From Klebsormidium nitens (lineage: Eukaryota; Plantae; Klebsormidiophyceae), in NCBI GenBank assembly GCA_000708835.1, contig DF237150.1, positions 61,528 to 125,527 on the forward strand: DNA of 64,000 nt, written 5' to 3'. The notes under the pieces were generated by a model that saw nothing but the letters and a program-made list of their open reading frames with translations, was not told where the DNA came from and did not search any database. Positions within the stretch are counted from its first letter, which is position 1. Each line of letters begins with the position of its first letter. The position numbers were made by a program, and so were the translations under genes. This document shows, piece after piece, positions 58,401-64,000 of the stretch.

Positions 58401-61400
58401 GCGAAACCTGCAGGGGAAAGCTGGCTAGTTAGCAGGCGTCTTTAGGGGGTTTCGCGCTCGAGGCTCTGGCAATGCTGAGAATCTCGTCGTCAATGAAAGC
58501 CTCTGATGCATCCGAAGCAAGCTCTCCGAAAGGCTGCCAGAGGCGGAGTACTGGAAGCTGTCGGACCGTTGACAACCCTAGGAGAACGACACACGGTCAA
58601 TTCGCACATTTTTGGTTCAATAATCTCGACGAAGTCTATTCAATCCGCGAATCTTACTCGGCCTGCCCCACCGGGTTGTTCAACCGAGAGCCTGCCGTTC
58701 ACTGCTGCAGATACGGGAGATGTGCAAACCGTCTGACAGCCTGCAACGTCACGGACCCATCAGACTTCGACGAGTCCCGTAAAGAGCAGATGCGAAATGT
58801 CGAAGTTCAGTCACAAACTCACTCCGCGTGCCCCCCCGGGTTGTTCACCCGGGCACTCAGGAAGCCTGCCGTCCACTGCTGCAGGTACGAAAACTCGACC
58901 GGGGTCAGCTCCGGGACGCCCCCGGCAGCCGGCGCCTGCAGCAGCGACCGCCGCTGGTACGTGATGATCTCAGCGAGGACGTCAGGAGTCCACGTGGCAG
59001 CTTTCCCGGACGCGCTGGTGTCTCCTTCGGACGCCCCCGTTTCGATCCCGGACGTCGCCGTGCTTTTTCCGGACGGTTTGGCGCTTTGCCCGGACGCAGT
59101 GAGGACCCTTCCGGACGGCCTGATGTTATTTTCGGACGCACCAAAACCTTCCTCGAACGCTCCAATTCCTTCTTCGGACGCTTCGGTTCGAAGTTCGGAG
59201 GTGTTGGTGTTTGTTTCGGACGCTTCGGCACCCCGATTCAACGCCCCAGCCGCGCCGAGCGTGCCCGGGTCACGGGACCACCGACTCAGGGCCGAGTGGA
59301 TGCTGACGTCATCCTCGGACGGTTCGGATCGCTCCTCGTACGCTACGTACCGGGAACCAACCGTTTCGGACATCAGGGCGCGCTTGGCGCCGTCCAGTTC
59401 CCAGTCGGGGTGGAGGCTCATGGCATATTTCAGCGCCTGAGTCGAGCTATGCCTGGCGCGCTCGATAGGCGATCCCCCTCCCCCATACGCTATCCGCTCC
59501 TCGCTCACGCCCGCGCGGTCGGCGTCAAAACGGTGGTGCAAACCGAGCTCGTCCGGGTTGGTCTTATACAGCAGTTCCCCGTCGTTGAGGTGTAGGAAAA
59601 CGGGTTTGGTGGACGGATCATCCTTTAACCTGCGGGCGTGGCTCTGACCCGCGTTTAACCCGTCCCTTTCCGTAAGACACTCATCGTCCCCCGTGCACTT
59701 CAAACCCCTCCTCGTCGAAACCTCTACCCGATCCCACTCGTGGCCTCGATTTGGCCCCGGCAACAAACCCGGAAGGAAGGCCGACGCCGAGCGGTTTCCG
59801 CCGAGACTTTCGTACCCGTTTTGGGTTTCGAGAAGGCCTAACCGTGCGGTTAGAGAGAGGAACCGCTGCTGTAGGGCAGCGCAATCGGTGGTCGCGGCGG
59901 CGCCGGTCTTCTCGCGCGCGAGGTTGAGGTTGTCGAACAACTTGGTATCCTCCGGGAGAGGGACCTGGGGTCAAAGCGGAAAACTTAGTCAGGATTAATC
60001 CGAGTCAGGGTTCAAGTCAGGGTTATGGTTAGACCGAGGGTTGAAGATACGAGCAAACGAAGCCACAACAATCGAAGATAACAGCTTCGAGGTGCTGAAG
60101 AGGGCCTGAATCGTAAAAGCTTACTAAGCGACGAAGGCGAAAAGTTGAAAGAAACAGGTCTGGTAACAAAAGATAACTCAAAGAGCTCTGTTGGTTTTGT
60201 CCCACGTTAAGAGTTTGAGCGACTGATACAGTAGAGCAACGGACATGCTCTGCCTAATCTACCAGCACAGAAGGGCACGAGGTGATAGATGCACGAACGT
60301 TTGTTGCAAGTGAAGCGAGACAGAAAGACGAAAAGTCTCAAGTTCAGCTCGGAATAGTGAGAATCCGAAGCAAGAATAGGGGGACAAAGGACGAAGCAGC
60401 TATGAAACCATATTGTCTCTCACTCAAAAGCGAGAGACAGCCACAAAAAGCAAGTTCTGCTGCAACATTTGGCACACGCAATAGATGATTACGATAGAAG
60501 ATGCGTGCCCGTTTTAAGCCGCGGAATCAGAGTGATCATCAACCACACACCTGGAAGAGCGTCCAGCGCAGTCCGTGCGCGCACTCCCGGAACAGCGTGG
60601 GCAGCGGAACGGCCAGGCGTTCCGCCATCGCAAAGAGCTGCATGTGGAAAAGAGTCCCCAGCAGATTCCGCGCCGGGTGCGTTCCGATCACCGGAGAGAA
60701 GCTCCCGGGCGGAAGCGGCTGCGAGGAGAGGTACCCCGAGAGCCCCGGGGGCGCCACGTGGCCGCGTGACGTGTACGCAACGAGCGCTGACGTGGCGCCG
60801 GAGAGGAGCGCGGTGGTGCCGAAGGCGGCGGTGGAGGTGGCCCACACCGCCTGGGCCTGGCGGGTGACGTCACCTGCGGGGAGAGGTGACGTCAGCGAGA
60901 GGAAAGCGGGAGAGGGAGCCGATACAAGGGGTTTCACGATGAGCAGGGACTCAGCCGAGAAAGTGCTGGGTCTGATGGCTCGCATTGAATACGGGAGGAA
61001 ATGACGTCAGCAGAGACAGCAAAGACTGCTGAAAGGAACGACGGAAAACGGGAAAAGCTCCTTCGAGTACGCAATGGGCCCAACCCATCCGAAACGGTTC
61101 TACTTAGACGATGCTACTTTTGGCGAGCTTTGAGCGCTCTGTTTACAGAAAACCACGCCTCGAATCTTCAGTGCCACCAACCACTGGATTCCACTGAATA
61201 ACAGACGGCAGTGCGGATTCAACGCAGCAAAGCTGAGAGCGAGCCTTACGGATGTCAACGAGTAGGACGTTGGACGCCTGGTTAGCGTTGCCGTAGTTAT
61301 CCCTAACCACGCCCGCCGGGACGCTAATCTCGAGGTGCGAGGTTTTGGGGGTTTGGACCAGGACTTGGAACACGCGCCCGACGTTCTGGTCCACGGACGA

Positions 61401-64000
61401 AAAGCTGCGGACGGGTTAGGGACGGGGTTAGCAAAACCGTTGCGAGCAAGGTTAGCGTTCCATAATAGGCAAGATACCCCGTCAGGGGGGCATGGTTTGG
61501 CATCCGGGTAACATGGAGACGACAAGAGCCGATACAGACAGGTATCATGCAAGAGAAATATCCGAAGAAGCAGCAATACTTTTCAAAATCGCGGGGGAGT
61601 CGGACAGGGTTTAAAGACATATCGCAAATCGCTCGCAAGTTGCTTCGGTGGCGACTTCGCCAATGGGCACGTGTCACAACGCCCATTTATATTGGGAGCA
61701 AAACTCCAACTCATATTGGAACACAGCGCCCTCTTATACTGGAATCACAACGCCACTTAATTTAGGATCACCCACTTATACTGGGATCGATGATAACGGG
61801 TTAATGTTAATAACTTGCCAGCTAATGTTGCCGCCCGTAATCCGGACGTCCGCCTGCGCGAAGCCGAGGGCCGCCGATGAGAACTCGATGAGCACGGGGA
61901 AGAGCCGCTCGGACGTCCGCCGGGGGACGCTCGTCACGATGCGGACGGTGAGCGGATCCGTGTCTGTATAGAAGAGCGCAGATTGTTGTTATGTTGGATT
62001 CAAGGGTACTTTCTTTGTTCAGGCACTTGTTGCTGTTTTTGTTGGTTCTTCCTCCCCCCGCCTTTTACCCAGTTTTCAGAACTCGAGAGTCACAAAAGTC
62101 AGGCTTACATACTGAGGTCCCGAAGACAGATTCTCTGTGGATTTAAGTAACAACCAGATTAGATCTCGCCCAACCCGGCATCGTACGCTCGCTTGAACTT
62201 TGGAATAGTCGTGGAAAACATCATCTTCTTTTCAAAGGAGAAGGGGCGGGCATCGTCAGCTGTCGACCGAACAGACGCCAAGCTGGCTGTATCAGCGGTT
62301 GCGCATTTGTAAGCGTGTTCTTTTCAAAGCTGGCGCGAGAATTTCCGCGTTTGCAAGACTCGTAAAGTGGTCAGACCCGTCAGAATGTAGAGCACAAGCG
62401 CGTGAAGTTGGAATTGCTATCATCAGCCGTGTGAGAGGTAGTGAGAGTTGAGCAGTGTAGCGATAGTACTCAAGTGGGTGTACGTGTGTGCAATTCTGAT
62501 CTTACCCGCATGCCCCGGACATCGAAGGACGGTTCCGCCGGAATCCTTTCAGTGGGTTGCTGCCCGGAACCCGTGGAGAAGAGCGAGCAGTCGTGCGTGT
62601 TGTGTGCTACGGTGCGGAAGCGCCCGCTGTGTGCAGGGGCGCGTTCACACTGGTGGCTGGGTGCGTGAGAGCGCCCAGTGTGAAAAAGCTCGTGATGTGT
62701 GCAGTGTTGAGAAACACGATTCTGTGCGGTAGAGACGCCTGTGATGTGCAGTGTGAATAAGGCCGTGGGTGGGTGTGAAGAGTCACAGATGTGTGGATGG
62801 TGCGTCAGTCCAGTGCTGGAAGGAAAAAAAATTGGCGTTTTTGCCGTTTGAATTCGAGTCGGGAGAAAAGAAGCCATGAAGTATCAAATTTAGAACTTCT
62901 CCCGGTTGCAGTAGACTGGCAGCGAGATAGCATAGAGCAGGCTCCAGAAGGTTTCAAGATCTGCTGATCGAGCCTTCAGAACTGCAAAGCCCACTCTTGA
63001 ATTCTTAAAGTCAAACCGTGTCACAACACGATTCAGCACAATTCCTGCAAAATCATGCGCCTCATACCTCGTGTGCGACGAGAACCTGCTTAATAAAAAT
63101 TCAATCGTGAAGATCCTTGATTCGAGCTACTTACTGACAAAGACGGTAGTTGACCCAGATGCCCCGGATGACGTCACAGCCCCAAGGGGAAGCGTTACGG
63201 TGACAGGAGTCGCAATTTTGGACTGGGGCTCCGGAAATGCCATAACCCGGTAAGAGTCCTGAGCGGCTGTGGGTGCTCCGGTAGATTGGATCTGGTGGAA
63301 AGTGCAGAAGAGCATTCGTCTTGCTTGCCAGCTGTTTTAAAGTCTTGTTCCTTAGGTGTGGTAAATTAAGTGTCTGTTCTTATGCCATTTCAAGGGGGTG
63401 ATTAGCATGGGGTTCGATGATACGAGGTTCAGAAAACGCGAGAGTCAGGGCTGAACTTGATAGCAGAATTCATTGACGCTTGCGCGCAAGTTTCTTGCTG
63501 TCTCTGTCGACTTCAGCTCAGAAGCAGAACCTGGATATTGCAGAGACATAGCCAAAGCCGTCATTGCGCGCTCGCATGCGAGAACGGCACTTTGCAGCAA
63601 AGCTTGCTTCCACGTATCATAAGCGGGGCTGCTTATGCTGGAAACCCGACCTACCTGAAACGTATACGTGTTGTTCCCCACTGGTACCGGCTGCCCAACG
63701 ACCGCCCCGTTCGTAACGTTGATACTGTTCGCGCTCACGTTCGTTACGTTCTCCGGGAAGGTGATGTTCAGCGGAAACACGGATGCGTTCGTGACGAGCC
63801 CCGTGAAAGTCTGTCCAGTTGGCAGCGTAAAGTTCGACTGCGCCAAACTCGGGACCGGGGTGGGTGTAACGATCGGGGCCACAGTAGGGACGAGCGTTAC
63901 GTTGCCGACCGGGCCAGCTGTCGGCACAACGAGCGACGGGCTCCCTGTTGCGTTTGTTGCCGCAGTTGGTCCTGGCACCAAAGTTGGAAGCAGGGTTGCG
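55488..64000 (-). CDS. Large membrane protein with Pro/Thr-rich stalk, two bacterial-Ig-like (Big_13-type) folds and a multi-pass C-terminal region; 5' end outside the window
   Basis: Exons (minus) >64000-63655, 63291-63135, 61963-61819, 61404-61250, 60978-60551, 59964-58823, 58237-57925, 57570-57437, 57012-56667, 56404-56229, 55728-55488 with consistent phases. Ig-like motifs LNITFPENVTNVSANSINVTNG and ISVPAGVVRDNYGNANQASN; hydrophobic helices around HMQLFAM, HPRFELFL, RWGSLFEDTRG, PFISRRLQFVETLS. Confidence 0.8.
59007..59237. repeat. 21-bp-period array: 11 copies of cggacg (2 variant) with 15-nt variable spacers; encodes 7-aa repeats on the minus strand
   Basis: cggacg or a variant every 21 nt from 59007 to 59217; protein ASETNTN TSELRTE ASEEGIG ... 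PSGKSTA TSGIETG ASEGDTS ASGKAAT. Confidence 0.85.
61675..61790. repeat. Degenerate 20-25-bp minisatellite (about 5 copies) in a GC-AG intron
   Basis: Core c(c/a)cttatactgg(g/a)atc and variants at roughly 20-25-nt spacing. Confidence 0.6.

Noticed and set aside
59007-59237. CRISPR-like repeat/spacer appearance
   Set aside because: The repeat is only 6 bp with 15-bp spacers, lies in frame in a eukaryotic exon, and there are no cas genes.
58472-59595. 322-aa and 255-aa plus-strand ORFs
   Set aside because: Antisense shadows of the large minus-strand exon and its 21-bp repeat.

Overview
Eukaryotic, intron-rich nuclear DNA with GT-AG introns of mostly a few hundred bp. Gene content and land-plant-like protein sequences point to a streptophyte green alga such as Klebsormidium (inference). 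Left half (0.2-30 kb): four diverged paralogues of one unrecognised 7-exon gene, arranged +, -, +, +. Each encodes an N-terminal multi-pass membrane region, a helical middle region and a C-terminal MYND zinc finger. All four share exon phases, three share an ABRE/G-box promoter module, and each carries a different reading-frame lesion. An intron-containing tRNA-Glu(UUC) and TAM41 sit inside the array. Right half: HCF244/Ycf39 head-to-head with a VAR2/FtsH2-type protease, tRNA-Glu(CUC), an ICME-like esterase with a tRNA-derived Pol III-type element in its last intron, a SnoaL/NTF2-like gene, and a 5'-truncated membrane protein with bacterial-Ig-like folds. All gene models were built by eye from splice signals, frame continuity and remembered family motifs; no database search was run.
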